A stretch of 63,911 bases of DNA, counting the filler, from Octopus bimaculoides (lineage: Eukaryota): assembly GCF_001194135.2 (NCBI RefSeq). It is 7 parts of 5 records of this genome, joined end to end, with 100 filler letters (N's around TTAATTAATTAA, not from the genome) between each part and the next. Parts side by side here need not be neighbours in the genome. Positions count along the whole stretch, not along the records: positions 14,614 to 39,939 come from NC_068982.1; positions 40,040 to 55,157 come from NC_068982.1; 5 more parts are not named here. One strand, written 5' to 3'. Made by a program: the position numbers and the translations under genes. Position 1 is the first letter of the stretch; each line of letters begins with the position of its first letter. This document shows positions 36,846 to 49,692 of this stretch, one piece after another. Under the pieces are notes generated by a model that worked only from the letters and a program-made list of their open reading frames with translations, ran no database searches and was not told the DNA's origin.

Positions 36846-37429
36846 TTGCTTCTATTTTCATAAAATATTTTCATAAAGTATGTTACTATTAAACTTTATT
36901 GAGCAATATTTGGCAAAGTACCAGAAGTTTTTTACAGAACCCATTTTGGAAAATGGTGCATTGCTGTTTGGCACATATCTTCTTCGATTGTGTGAATTTA
37001 TAATCAAAGGCTTCTAGCAGGTACCTATCTTGTGATTTATTCAAACTTAGAGTAGGTATGACTATTTTGTGCAGCATCCTTCAGTTTTTAAGTCTAAAAT
37101 TTTTTTAAATAAAATGTTTATAGTCTTGTAGGCTACATAGTGACCTCAATGGCGCTGGTGACATTAAAAAAAAGTACTCAATATATGCTATAAAGTGGTT
37201 AGCATTAGAAAGGGCATCCAGCCATAGAAACCATGCGAAAGTATATATTGGGGCACAATGCAGTCCCTGAACCCGTGTCCAACTGTCCAACCTATGCCAA
37301 CATGAAACACGGACAATAAATGATGATGGTGGTGTTGGTGGTGGTTTGTAGTGTTGGTGGTAGTTTGTGGTGTTGGTGGTGGTTTGTGGTGTTGGTGGTG
37401 ATGATGATGATGTAAGTGCTATTTCTAGC

Positions 37430-38030
37430 AGGTTCAGTGACCAGTGTGTTTATTGACAATACAGGTTTCTCTCTTTGTGCTTTAGGCAAAAGAAATTGCA
37501 TGGAAGATATACAAGAAGTGTGATGTTGTATGACAGTGAGATAACGAAATTGAATGCTGAAGGTCTATGACAGTTAAATGACACAAACAGAATGTATTGA
37601 AAGTTGAACCCTTCGATATTGATACCAGCCTGTTTAAGACTGGCCTTGGTTCTATGATACAAACTTCCTGGTTTAAAGTGATCTAAATTTAAACTTTTCA
37701 TGTAAATTTGTTTTAAACAATAGCTTAATGATGATGAATTTATTGTTCTAAATTCTTCATTATCTTCAAAATTAATTGAAACAATGACAGTGTATTCAAA
37801 TAGAAATATGATAACAAAAAGATTAATGGGAATTTGCATGAGTGAGAGGGTATAAGTGAGCAATGTGGATGGATTGAGATGAAAGGTATCAGCTGGAGTG
37901 TACAGACAAGGCTTTATAGTAAAATAGATGCCCTCATGTTAAGGAGTATTGAATAAAAAAAGATGAAAAGAAAAGTGTTGTGAGTCATGTGGAGTGTATA
38001 TGTGTAAGACATGATAAGAATATGAGACAG
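37430..38030 (+). mobile_element. Degenerate RTE LINE fragment interrupted by a piggyBac-like MITE (about 37605-37828)
   Basis: RSVMLYDSE..LNAEGL resembles the RTE MLYGSETW motif; the insert has CCCTT...AAAG.TTAA-like ends. Confidence 0.5.
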
Positions 38031-38069
38031 CTAGAAATATGCTATGTCCAACTAAGGTGGTGATCTGGT

Positions 38070-38268
38070 ACAATCCTCAGCACACTGGGAAAAATGCTTA
38101 ACAGTATTTCGTCTACCTTTACATTGTGAGTTCAAATGCTGTCGAGGTTGACTTTGCCTTTCATCCTTTCAGCGTTGATAAAATAATTACTATTTGAGCG
38201 CTGGGGTTGACATAATCAACTTATCTGCTCTCCCGATGTTGCTGGCCTTGTGCTAAAATTTTAAATCA
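38070..38268 (+). mobile_element. SINE family D
   Basis: Family motif match. Confidence 0.8.
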
Positions 38269-38789
38269 ATATGCTGTGTTAAACTTATGTCAGCATGTAA
38301 AATAAATCAAACATTAACATACTGCTGTTCAAACCTGGGAACCAAACCTTTAATCGTTAATTAAGGAAGTTAACATTTTCATTAATGATTTAACTTTTAA
38401 GTTAAATTTGGAAATCTTTATTGGAATAATTAACTTCTGTTACATTCAACTTCTGTTAATCAGTTAATTCTTTAAGAATGTAAAGGAAGTTATCGATAAA
38501 CTGTTAACATTAATTTTTATTACAGAAAAAAAAAACCCAAATCAGTTTTTGCTCTAAAACCTAAAACACCTTTAAAAAGTGCCAAAACTATAAAATCAGC
38601 TGTTTTGACCTTTTTAAGGGCTTTAGAATCCCCCAAATTATAGTTTTTTTTTTTTTTGCTATAGTGTTAAGAAATGCTGATTTTATATCATTAACTTTTA
38701 AAAGAACTAAAAAAGGCTGAGTTCATAGTTTTGGCCCATTTCTAGGTTTTTGAAGGCTTTTGAAGCCAGAAAAGGGTAAAAAGAGTGCA

Positions 38790-38955
38790 ATGTTCAAGAG
38801 GCCCTTCAGGGCTGCCATAACTAAGGCAAGTGCCCTATGGAACCAGCAAGATTGCAGCACTGTGACAGTAGACACCATCTACACTGAGGTGGGGAGGAGG
38901 CTGGTTGTCCCCAGCATGACGAGGTGGAACTCCACCTATGACTCTGTGATGATCA
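38790..38955 (+). pseudogene. hAT transposase fragment
   Basis: GRRLVVPSMTRWNSTYDS contains the hAT TRWNS motif. Confidence 0.75.
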
Positions 38956-38964
38956 CAATGAAAT

Positions 38965-39112
38965 TGATGATGATGATGATGATGACGATGGTGGTGGTTT
39001 TGGTGGTGGTGGTGGTTTTGGTGGTGGTGGTGGTTTTAGTGGTGGTGGTGGTTTTGGTGGTGGTGGTGGTGGTTTTGGTGGTGGTGGTGGTGGTTTTGGT
39101 GGTGGTAGCTGT
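38965..39112. repeat. (GAT)n then (GGT/TTT) composite repeat
   Basis: Direct reading. Confidence 0.9.
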
Positions 39113-39743
39113 GGTTTTATTTTATAGTTGTTTGGTTCCTGATCAGGTCTTATTAAGGCAACCAATAATCAAAAGCTTTCCTACCATGATCATCTCTCTT
39201 TTTTTACCTATTTCTAAGGAACCCGAGACCATTCATCCAGTGTGTTCTTCTCTGAGAATAATAGGATGTGATTTGAGGGCTATTTATCTGTTATTCAGAG
39301 CCAGTCTAGTGACAGGTGATGTCTGTGATATAGGCACTGGTATGGGTGAGTGGTAAGAAGTTTACTCCCCTACCACATGGTCACAGGTTCAGTCCTACTT
39401 CATGGCCCTTGGGCAAGAGACTTCCACTATTACACTCTGTCTGACCAAACTTTTATGAGTGAATTTGTAGAAGGAAACTGTAAAAAAAACTCATCTTGTG
39501 TGTGTGTGTGTGTGTGTGTGTGAAAAGGTTGAGTTCTATTTCATCCTTTATTTTGGAGGGTTCCAAAGGGCAATTTCTAACAAAGATGTTTCATATTTCA
39601 CTGGTAGCTTACCGCCATAAGATTTTTACGAATATGAAATTATTACATGTATATGGTTTGTTATGAGAATTTATGGAAAGGTATCCCATAGAAACTCAGC
39701 AAATTGTTAAAAGATGGAGAAGAGAAGATGTTAAAATTTGAAA

Positions 39744-39779
<36 letters not shown>

Positions 39780-39891
39780 ATAATAAGAGTGAAAAAACTA
39801 CAGCAGGTTTGTGTTACATGGTTAAAGTTTATATTTAAATTATGTCAGAAAAATGTTATAAAATTTTTTTGGTATATAAACATTGTATTTG

Positions 39892-39930
39892 GAGAAATAA
39901 CCGGTTTCGTGTTGTCTTTTCAAATTTCTC
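39892..39930 (-). ncRNA. Hammerhead-like motif with U3:A8 core variant and 1-bp stem II
   Basis: GAGAAAT/TTGAAAA/G-ACAACA-C/GAAACCGGT-T/ATTTCTC. Confidence 0.5.
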
Positions 39931-40273
39931 TACTTCATTNNNNNNNNNNNNNNNNNNNNNNNNNNNNNNNNNNNNNNNNNNNNTTAATTAATTAANNNNN
40001 NNNNNNNNNNNNNNNNNNNNNNNNNNNNNNNNNNNNNNNAAAGGGATAAAACTCTTTTACAAGAATTTTATCAAGAAGCCAGTGTGTAAAAAAATTTCAT
40101 AAGGGAAATTTCTATTCCCAAGAATATAATTATTCGTTTATATTTATATAAAGGGCATTATTACAGAAAATAATAACGCCACACAGTGGACTTCTCAAAA
40201 TAACCACATTTAGTACCTAATGCGAGGAAAAACAACCAACAGAAGACGACCAACTTTCTTTTAAATAAACTTA

Positions 40274-40335
40274 ACTGTGTATCAGCCGATTTCGCGATTA
40301 CTAGAATGAATCTAGATTTCGTTCATCAGCACAGT
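40274..40335 (-). ncRNA. Type I hammerhead ribozyme motif with canonical core
   Basis: ACTGTG/CTGATGA/A.CGA..CTAGA-TTCAT-TCTAG..TCG.C/GAAATC-GGCT-GAT-A/CACAGT. Confidence 0.8.
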
Positions 40336-40419
40336 ATTGTCCCAAATTTGCCGTCTACCTATTTATTATTGACCTCTGGAGTGCTTCTACTTTCATAATG
40401 AGTTGCTTCGTATCGGAGG

Positions 40420-41930
40420 ACCACAGTGGGCGACATCACTCAAGGTGGGGACGAGCAAAAGTAGAGTAGAGAAGGTTGGTGGTGTAGGAATCTCTAGACC
40501 GGAAAGTTCTCAGAATCCAGTAGCACATATTGCGGGCCAAGTCAGCCTTGCTGTTTACGCGAGAACTCCAGTTGAGATTGTTATCAACAATTACTCCAAG
40601 ATCTCTGGTGTTGTTGGATGACACTACAGAGTCGCCCGAGGGAAGTGTATATGGTAATTTCAGAGTTTCCTCTTTTCCAAAGTTGATCAAATCAAACTAA
40701 TCTTCATTTAAAAGCATATTGTTTTTTCCGCCCATTGGACAATAGCAAACAGATCTGACTGAAAGCATGTTCGGTCTCTCATGCCGTTTATGGCTTTCAG
40801 GACTTTGGAATAATCGGCAAAGATTTTCAATGTAGAATGTTTGATGACATCTACTGTGTCATTGATGTAAATAATGAAGAGGAGTGGGCCCAACACATTG
40901 CCTTGTGGGACACTACTACTAACTTTGGCTGAGCTGGATCCTATTCCGTCAAACACAACATGTTGGGTTCTGTTCGTCAGGAAACACCTTATCCACTGCA
41001 GCATCTTTCTACGGACTCCAATGGTAGACAGTTTCTTCAGCAGGATTTTGTGGCCCACTCTGTCAAATGCCTTGCTGAAATCAAGGTATATGACATCAGT
41101 GTTGGAGCCCTCTCCCAACGCTTTTAATATGTCATCAAAATGGTGCAGAAGTTGCAACAGGCAGTCCCTGCCATCACGGAAGCCATGCTGGTTGGGGTTC
41201 AACAGATTGTTGCCTTCTAGGAAGTGAGTTATTCGCGATCTCACCACCCTCTCAAATACTTTAATGATGTGAGAAATGAGTGAAATCGGACAGTAGTTCA
41301 CTGCAAGAGATTTGTTTCCCTTTTTGAAGACTGGAACGACAGACTTGGAAAGAAAATTATCAGGAATGTAGCTCAGCTAGAGGGGGTGCAATTTGATGTC
41401 GACACATCTCCAGGACAGTGGCCGGGAACTTATCGAGACCTACCGCCTAGTTGTGCTTGATCTTATCTATTTCTGTTAGGATATCAGGAGCACCAAAAGT
41501 TATGTCAGATATGGATAGTTGAGGGTTTACATCACTGATACTAGCCAAATCAACTGCATTAGGGTTACTGAAGTCAGAGCAGTATTGTCTCTGCAGTATC
41601 TCACACATAGATTTTGCATCATCATGTAGAGTGTTATTCTCGTCAGCCAGAGGAACAACAGTGGAAACAGCGTCTTTATGTTTTTTTGCAAAGAAAATGA
41701 AAAGAACATTTTGAGATTGAGTTTTATTTTCTCGATGGCCCAACTCTCCTCGGCTGCCTTTGACTGTTAATGATGCTTTTTTGGAGCTCATGTTTTTTTC
41801 GATTCGAGTGATGCAATGGCAATCGAATGGGTGCGTTGCTGCTGGCAGTATCTAATTTGGTTGATTCTTTTTATTTTTCTTGTAAATGCTCTTCTATTTC
41901 TTGGTATTCTGCACTTAGATTTGTATACGG
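40420..41930 (-). mobile_element. CR1-clade-like LINE ORF2 fragment (reverse transcriptase), disrupted
   Basis: NYCPISL, QHGFR, YLDFSKAFDRV, VPQGNVLGPLLFIIYIND, IFADY, RDLGVIVD, FARPHLE; frameshifts. Confidence 0.9.
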
Positions 41931-42235
41931 ATCTTAATGGAGTATGTTTTGTGCATATATTTGTCACAGTATTTACAAATGTCTGCCATGATGTGTTTAT
42001 GTTGGAGGGTTTATCTTAATATTTTTGATGCGACTCTACCCTATACTGCTCTCTCACCCATCTGTCTCTCTCTCTCTCTTCCTCTTTCTCCTTTACTCTC
42101 TCTCTCCCTCTCTTTCGATGCTCACACGTGACCATCGTCCACCTTTCTTCTCCTCACGAGAATGGTAATTAGGTTGTATATATATATATATATATATATA
42201 TACACTATATAAATTTTATGAAGTATATATATGTA

Positions 42236-42610
42236 TTCTTTTATTTGTTTCAGTCATTTGACTGCGACCATGCTGGAGCACCGCCTTTAGTCGAGCAAAT
42301 CGACCCGGGACTTATTCTTTGTAAGCGTAGTACTTATTCTCTCGGTCTCTTTTGCCGAACCGCTAAGTGTCGGGGACATAAACACACCAGCATCGGCTGT
42401 CAAGCATGCTAGGGGAACAAATACAGACACACACAAATATATATACATATATACGACGGGCTTCTTTCAGTTTCCGTCTACCCAATCCACTCACAAGGCT
42501 TTGGTCGGCCCGTTGCTATAGTAGAAGACATTTGCCCAAGGTACCACGCAGTGGGACTGAACCCGGAACCATGTGGTTGGTAAGCAAGCTACTTACCACA
42601 CAGCCACACC
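42236..42610 (-). mobile_element. SINE family A, young
   Basis: Reverse match with CpGs retained. Confidence 0.9.
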
Positions 42611-42654
42611 TATATTATATATAAATTATATGAAGTATATATATATATATATGG

Positions 42655-42838
42655 GAGAATATACAAATAATAACAACAGACGAGGACAGGTGGTGTAAAT
42701 AACAAAAGGATATATTAGTATGACGCTCGGGAATACGGAAAGTCTTTGACGTTTCGAGCTACGCTCTTCAACAGAAAGAATACGGAGACAAGGAGAAAAA
42801 CACGGAGAAAAAAAATTGAATAGTGTTCAGTCAACGAT
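42655..42838 (-). mobile_element. PLE-like family F short element in (TA)n
   Basis: Near-identical to 58627-58787; contains a hammerhead motif. Confidence 0.75.
42743..42779 (-). ncRNA. Hammerhead-like motif with CUGUUGA core
   Basis: TCTTT/CTGTTGA/A/GAGC-GTA-GCTC/GAAAC-GTC/AAAGA; all stems pair. Confidence 0.7.
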
Positions 42839-42847
42839 ATATATATA

Positions 42848-43179
42848 AAGACCCCCTTCAGTCATGAATGACCATGGGATTGCACCTAGAAAGTTCTCCT
42901 CCGAGGCACAAGGCCGGGCAAAGTTGTTTATGGAAGACCAGCAGTTGCCCATGCATACCAGGTTCCCCTCTCCACGCCACTGATGTTATCCAAGGGAAAA
43001 GCAAAGGACGACTCAGCTTGGCACCTGTGACGTCGCAACTCATTTCTACAACTGAGTGAACTGGAGCAACGTGAAATAAAGTGTCTTGCTCAAGAACACA
43101 GTACACAGCCCGGTCCGAGAATGGAACTCACTACCACATGATTGTGAGCTCGACGCTCTAACCACTGAGCCACGCGCCT
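42848..43179 (-). mobile_element. SINE family C
   Basis: Reverse match to 8358-8660; A box TGGCTCAGTGG. Confidence 0.85.
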
Positions 43180-45125
43180 TTACACACACACACACANNNN
43201 NNNNNNNNNNNNNNNNNNNNNNNNNNNNNNNNNNNNNNNNNNNNNNNNNNNNNNNNNNNNNNNNNNNNNNNNNNNNNNNNNNNNNNNNNNNNNNNNNNNN
43301 NNNNNNNNNNNNNNNNNNNNNNNNNNNNNNNNNNNNNNNNNNNNNNNNNNNNNNNNNNNNNNNNNNNNNNNNNNNNNNNNNNNNNNNNNNNNNNNNNNNN
43401 NNNNNNNNNNNNNNNNNNNNNNNNNNNNNNNNNNNNNNNNNNNNNNNNNNNNNNNNNNNNNNNNNNNNNNNNNNNNNNNNNNNNNNNNNNNNNNNNNNNN
43501 NNNNNATATATATATATATATATATATATATACTTAATTAGTATATATCTATTACAAGTAGTTCAACACGTCCTGCTAGAAATAGCAGCAAATTCATATC
43601 CTTTTATTCTAAAATGCAACACATCGTTTAATGTAATCCAAAATCCCCATAAAAACATAACATAAACGTATGTCAGCTTCGTCAGCATCAAACTTTGTAT
43701 AAACAGCAATAACAATGATAGTGCTTTTGTCAACTACAGCAATAGTATTGCGACAAACAAACAAGGGGAACTCTTTAACATTGCTTGACAGCAACCAAAT
43801 CTAAACCTACTATCTTAAAAGTGAAGAGAAACATACTAGATCTAGATACCGGTAATAAAAAAAAGGAGACGGAACTTATGAAAGATCTTTGATCAATGAT
43901 CTACTCAATGAGGACTACGTAAGAGTTAAACCACTACAACACAAAAACAAAATGCACAATAATAACCACAACAATGGTAGAAACAATAACAATTAACTCT
44001 ACAGTTTGATGATTTATATATTTATAAATTGTCTGTCCGAAGTTTATTGACGAATTATTCTCTAAAGACCCATTGAAATTAGAGAAACTATGTGAGATCA
44101 CATTTTGTTTTGTTTATCTTTCCACCACGACCACCACCACAATCAACATCAGCCCGACTTGTTAACATTGTCTCTCTAACCAATATCAATTATACTACTG
44201 ACATTAATATCTGCATCATTATAAAATATGACAAAAGACAGGAAATAGGAAGTTTACACACTGTCATGATTTGGAGTGGCTTGTAGAGAGAAACATCCGA
44301 TCTATATTAGATATATTTCCGGAATGAACGCCTAAACACCGTCGAATGGGAGATATGGCTTGATGATCTATTGAACAATGGCCTGTTCAATGTTGAAATA
44401 TCGACAGTGACGAACAATGGTGAAGGGAAACGTAAATATTGGAAGCGAAAAGAATAACACACAGAAACAGTGTTAAGTTAAAAACCTGTCGTCCATGTTT
44501 GTGCGCGTGTGAAGAACGCGTGTTTGCTTGTGCATGAGAGCGGTGTCTGTGCGTGTGTGTCTATATGTTGAGACGTATATATGCACGCTATACATGTGCT
44601 TGAGTCTATGCGTGTTTGTGCGTGTTTGTGCGTGCGCCTGTCTGATAACCTGTATACGCGTGCTACCGTATGCACATGTATTTTTCTGTTTCAGACAAAT
44701 TTGCTTCTGCATCTTCTCATACGTTAAATATTTTTATGAGCCTCACATAGTCATGAGCCCCTTTAATGAGAAATTATCAATAAAAGAAAAATACTGATAA
44801 CGGAAAAAACTTTTAGAACTTTTAACGTATAATACCCCCAGAAGAACTGTGCGGCATGAACGTTTGAAAATTATACATACATACAAACACACGTACACGC
44901 ATCCCATACACGCACACATGCATACATACTCACATATTTGTATGTATGTCTACAAAGACTGAGAAAAGATATATACATATTTATATGTGTATATATATAC
45001 ATATGTATATACATGTATATATTTGTATATATGTATGTGTGTTTGTGTATACATATTTATATGTGTATATATATGTATATAACGCGCGCGCGCGCACGCA
45101 CACACACACACACAGAATGAGAATC

Positions 45126-45156
<31 letters not shown>

Positions 45157-46679
45157 TGGATACTATAAACAGATTATCCAAATGATTTTTTATGTCCTCA
45201 CACTGTCTTTAACTAAATGTTGGTATAGTTATAATGATATTACACACACTTAACTGTTTAATTAGGAGAGAAAAAAATTGATAAGATCTCTTCCCTATTT
45301 CTGCCGTCATGGATAAATAAGAACTTGTAGGAAGAAACGAGGGGCCGAATTCATTGAGTTCTTTAAATTTAATACACAGTGATATCAATCCTTTTTTTTT
45401 TATCTAAACAGACGTCCATTTTTTTGTTATTCCGGCGTTTGTAATGATCATTGAGGAAATGATCAAGTAGGACGTCACCTTTCTTCTACCGTCTTTTCTC
45501 GTCTTTCTACATGTTGCTCAACAGAAGTAGAAATATGAATAATTTGAAACTGCATACAGAAAATATAACCAAGAAAAATTTTTCAGGTTTACTTTTAAAA
45601 GGTAAAGCTACCAACTCTTAAACTGATACGTAATGGTTATTTTACGAACCAGGCCGTTCAGAGATCATTCACTAAGACCCTATCGACTTCACTAACCATT
45701 CTAAAGTCTGGTAGAAGCACTTAAACTTTCCTTAGCAGATGAGTTTTAATGATACTGAAATATGTTCGGAGTTTTTACCTTTCTGTAAAATTCAGATTCA
45801 CTCCACACAGCGTTCTATATTTAATCAATTTAAATTCCAGGATTGTTTCTTTTTAAATTTTTTTTACGCGGAATAGATATTATGTTAATGATTTGTCAAT
45901 ATGAATTTTAATAAATTAATTTTTCTTACCTCACTAAATTCAGTATATTAGTATCCAGTTTGCTTTTGATTTTCTTATACTGACAGTTTTTAACGAGGCA
46001 GTATGATTGATTTAGTGACCCCCAGTGTAAGATTAGTGTTTATTTTAACGTTGCGAGCGAAATGACAGCTAAAATCAACTCATACGAGATTTTAACACAT
46101 AATCTAGAAGAACGAAATTAAATACTATAAATAATGCTTTATGACAGTCTATCATCTTACACCCTACTGTCTGTAAAGATATAACAATGAATTTTATATC
46201 TTTATAGTCAGGATAGATGAGTTTGGTCTTTGGCAGTAAGGTAAGAACTCTCGATATGCTTTGGTCTTATTGGAACACATCAGTGAATCATAATAAATGT
46301 TATTTCACCCCAGCTCAGCCCTGGTCAAGTGGGCTTTCAAGCAAAGGCTTACTAACTCTAACCACCCAGTCTTTTCAGAATCAATCAATCTCATTATCCA
46401 ATATGATATGTCTACTCAGCAGAATGTTATGTGAATGTTGTTTGGCTGCCATTTCTAGTATGTCAAGTGACTATGTAGACGCTCCCTTCTTACCTTGTCA
46501 GAGTCGATGCAGGAAACATGCCTGCTAATATGATGTAATATAAACATGGTCTATGGTATTGTATACTGTCTATCTATCTATCATATATATATACACACAA
46601 ATACATGCATATACATACATGTACACACACACACACATGCATACATACATACATACATACATACATACATACATAGAGA

Positions 46680-46875
46680 CAATTCACAAAAAACAAAAGA
46701 CAGACAGGTGGTGTAGACAACAAATGGATGTATTAGTATAACGCTCGGGAAATGAAAAAGTCTTTAACGTTTCGAGCCTACGCTCTTCCACATAAAGGAA
46801 CACAGAAAGAAACAAGGAGAGAAAAATAAAGAGAGGAAATAAAGAATGTGCAGTGGCTAGCGATCTATCATGGTG
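46680..46875 (-). mobile_element. PLE-like family F element in (TACA)n; hammerhead motif 46761-46798 with C3 mutated
   Basis: CCTTT/ATGTGGA/A/GAGC-GTAG-GCTC/GAAAC-GTT/AAAGA. Confidence 0.7.
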
Positions 46876-46912
46876 AATAATACATACATACATACATACA
46901 TACATACATACA

Positions 46913-46943
<31 letters not shown>

Positions 46944-47111
46944 TATGTGANNNNNNNNNNNNNNNNNNNNNNNNNNNNNNNNNNNNNNNNNNNNNNNNNN
47001 NNNNNNNNNNNNNNNNNNNNNNNNNNNNNNNNNNNNNNNNNNNNNNNNNNNNNNNNNNNNNNNNNNNGTGAATAATACATACATACATACATACATACAT
47101 ACATACATACA

Positions 47112-47142
<31 letters not shown>

Positions 47143-49313
47143 TATGTGATATACATGTAATCCAGCCAAATGTAGGATAGTCATTACACATTTCTTCTTT
47201 CCAATAGGAATCAAAACAAAAATCATGCAATTCTCAAGTGGGTGGTCTTTTAGAAAATCTATCTTACAGTGCAAAATGGGTGAGAAACAAAACTATATAA
47301 TAGACAGCAAAGAGTAATGTTAATGGAAGAGAAAGTATGGATAGAATAAGACACACAAATTGTAGAAGAAATAAAATGACAGGATCGAAATAAGAGAATG
47401 ATATACACAAAATACAGGGAGGAAATGGAATGTTGTTAAAGGAAAAATTAAACTGAACACCAAGGAAAAAAATCAACTAAACTCTCATAAAACAGAATTT
47501 ATTGTAATGTGTTTGAACTTGAGACTGTCAAATTGTATCGAACAACGAACTCCGTCATTAACAAAAGCTCTCTACGGATATGCAATGAAAGATGGCGGTG
47601 TTTGTTAAGTATGACTAGAGTCCATTAGCTTGACTGACCGCAATTTCTCTTGAGGGCATACTTTCCAAACCGAGTGTCTCCCGACACTTTTTATGTGCGT
47701 AACTCTAACAGAGTAGTAGTGTATTTGCTCTTTAAAAATAATAAAATGTAAGGTAAAAATAATAAAATTAAACAAACTCTAGATTTACAAAAAAAAGTTT
47801 AAAAATATATATTTAATTTGAGACAACATGGAAAGAATTAGCTCTAATTTTCAATGGGAAGGGGAGACGTGACTGTTCCACCTCCAATATTCTTATAAAG
47901 GTCGTCATATTACTCGTGGAATTGACTGTTTTGTTAGAACACTATAGGCGTGCTATATAACGTGTGTACATCAATGTACTTGTATTGACAACACTGCGAC
48001 TTGAAATGCTGTTATGAACATTGCTTATGCAGAAGAAAGAGTACAAGCTGTGTGTGCTTTTCTGGCATCGAGCATTTTATAAAACAGCCTAAATGAATAA
48101 TCAAGCCGTGTGAATAAGCTGAAAAACCTGAGACCTAAATATTGATTTTCTTTTGATTAGACACATGGCTTCTGAATTAGAGGAGTGATGGAGTATTGCG
48201 ACATTCAGACCTTTTCCGAAGATTCTATCGACGTACATGAAATGACACTGAAACCAAGTCGTGCACTTTGCAGGACACTTAAAACATATGACACGTTTAA
48301 ATGAAGAGTTCAGTATTCTACCGAGCTAAGTTCGACATAGAAGTGATGGAATTGTGCCTTGGTGTGAACATTTCTATCAGTGATAACGCCCACTAGAAAA
48401 CGTAAACTCAGCACTGTAAGCTAGCGAAAAACACGTTTCGCTGTATAAAGTTTTACCGACGCAAACCATCACCAGTTTCCTCGAACAATGTTTATAAAAT
48501 GCTTTTTCTTTTAATTTAACTCAGTGCTGATCCAGCAAACCAATTTTCAAAGACACTACAGCCACGACCATCACATCTTTTTTCTGCTGTTATATAGCTC
48601 CGACTACGTTATTCAATGATTTAAAGACGGTCGGTGTGACTCATGACAGAGATTTAGTTGCTATTACTCGCGGGTCACTGACCTTATAGAGGATTTTTCA
48701 TTGATTTGACACATTAGTTATATCGTGTGGAGTGTTAATAGAAACGTAGATCTTTTGTAGTATTTAGTTTCAACACCATTTATGAAATCAAATTCTACAA
48801 AAACAAACCACATATTCTCAACCCAAGGAACATATGAGTTCATAATATAAGTAATAACGAGAATCATTTCAGGAAGTTCTGAGTGCGTGTGTGTAGTGAG
48901 AGACAGAAAGAGTATGAACACTTTCAGTCAGAGAAAACACACTGCAGAAAGACAGAGTCTTTCAATGTCTTGTGATTGCTATTGTAATCCAGGTAAACCG
49001 AGGTCGAAGAACGAAGTCGAAGTCGATCACTAGTCAAGTTTGTAAATCCATGGTTACAGTACTCAGTTAAGATGTGTATTTACAGAGTGATACATAAAAT
49101 ACACGTAAATAATGGATTATATACATTCATTTATTTATTATAGGCTTACAGCTGCATTCATTCTTCAATTCTATCAATCAAAAGATTGATAAAACCGTAC
49201 CATGAACGCACCCAAATGCACATCTGAAACAGCTGTATGCCTATAATAAATATATAAATTTATATAACGAGTGTATATACATATATATACGTATACATAT
49301 ATGTTCACACTCA

Positions 49314-49363
<50 letters not shown>

Positions 49364-49642
49364 TATTCATAAACAAAAGTGGTTGTAATTATTTAATTTA
49401 CAAAACATTAATTATGTATTCAAGTCTTATCTTGCAATAACCATGTATATCACGCCAGTCATTGTTTATCAGGAACGGCTGTAAACATAACACTACATTA
49501 CATCATTCATATTTTGCTTTGCATACGACACTTTCCTGGTAAATGTACGCATAAATATGTATGTACATATGCATTTGTGCATGTGCATGTATATACGTGT
49601 GAGTATATATGCACATATACACATACGCACGTCAACACTGCC

Positions 49643-49692
<50 letters not shown>

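Noticed and set aside
37450-37863. 137-aa minus-strand ORF
   Set aside because: Spans an RTE relic and a MITE; chance open frame
46866-47149. Duplication around an N gap
   Set aside because: Typical unmerged contig overlap in a TACA array
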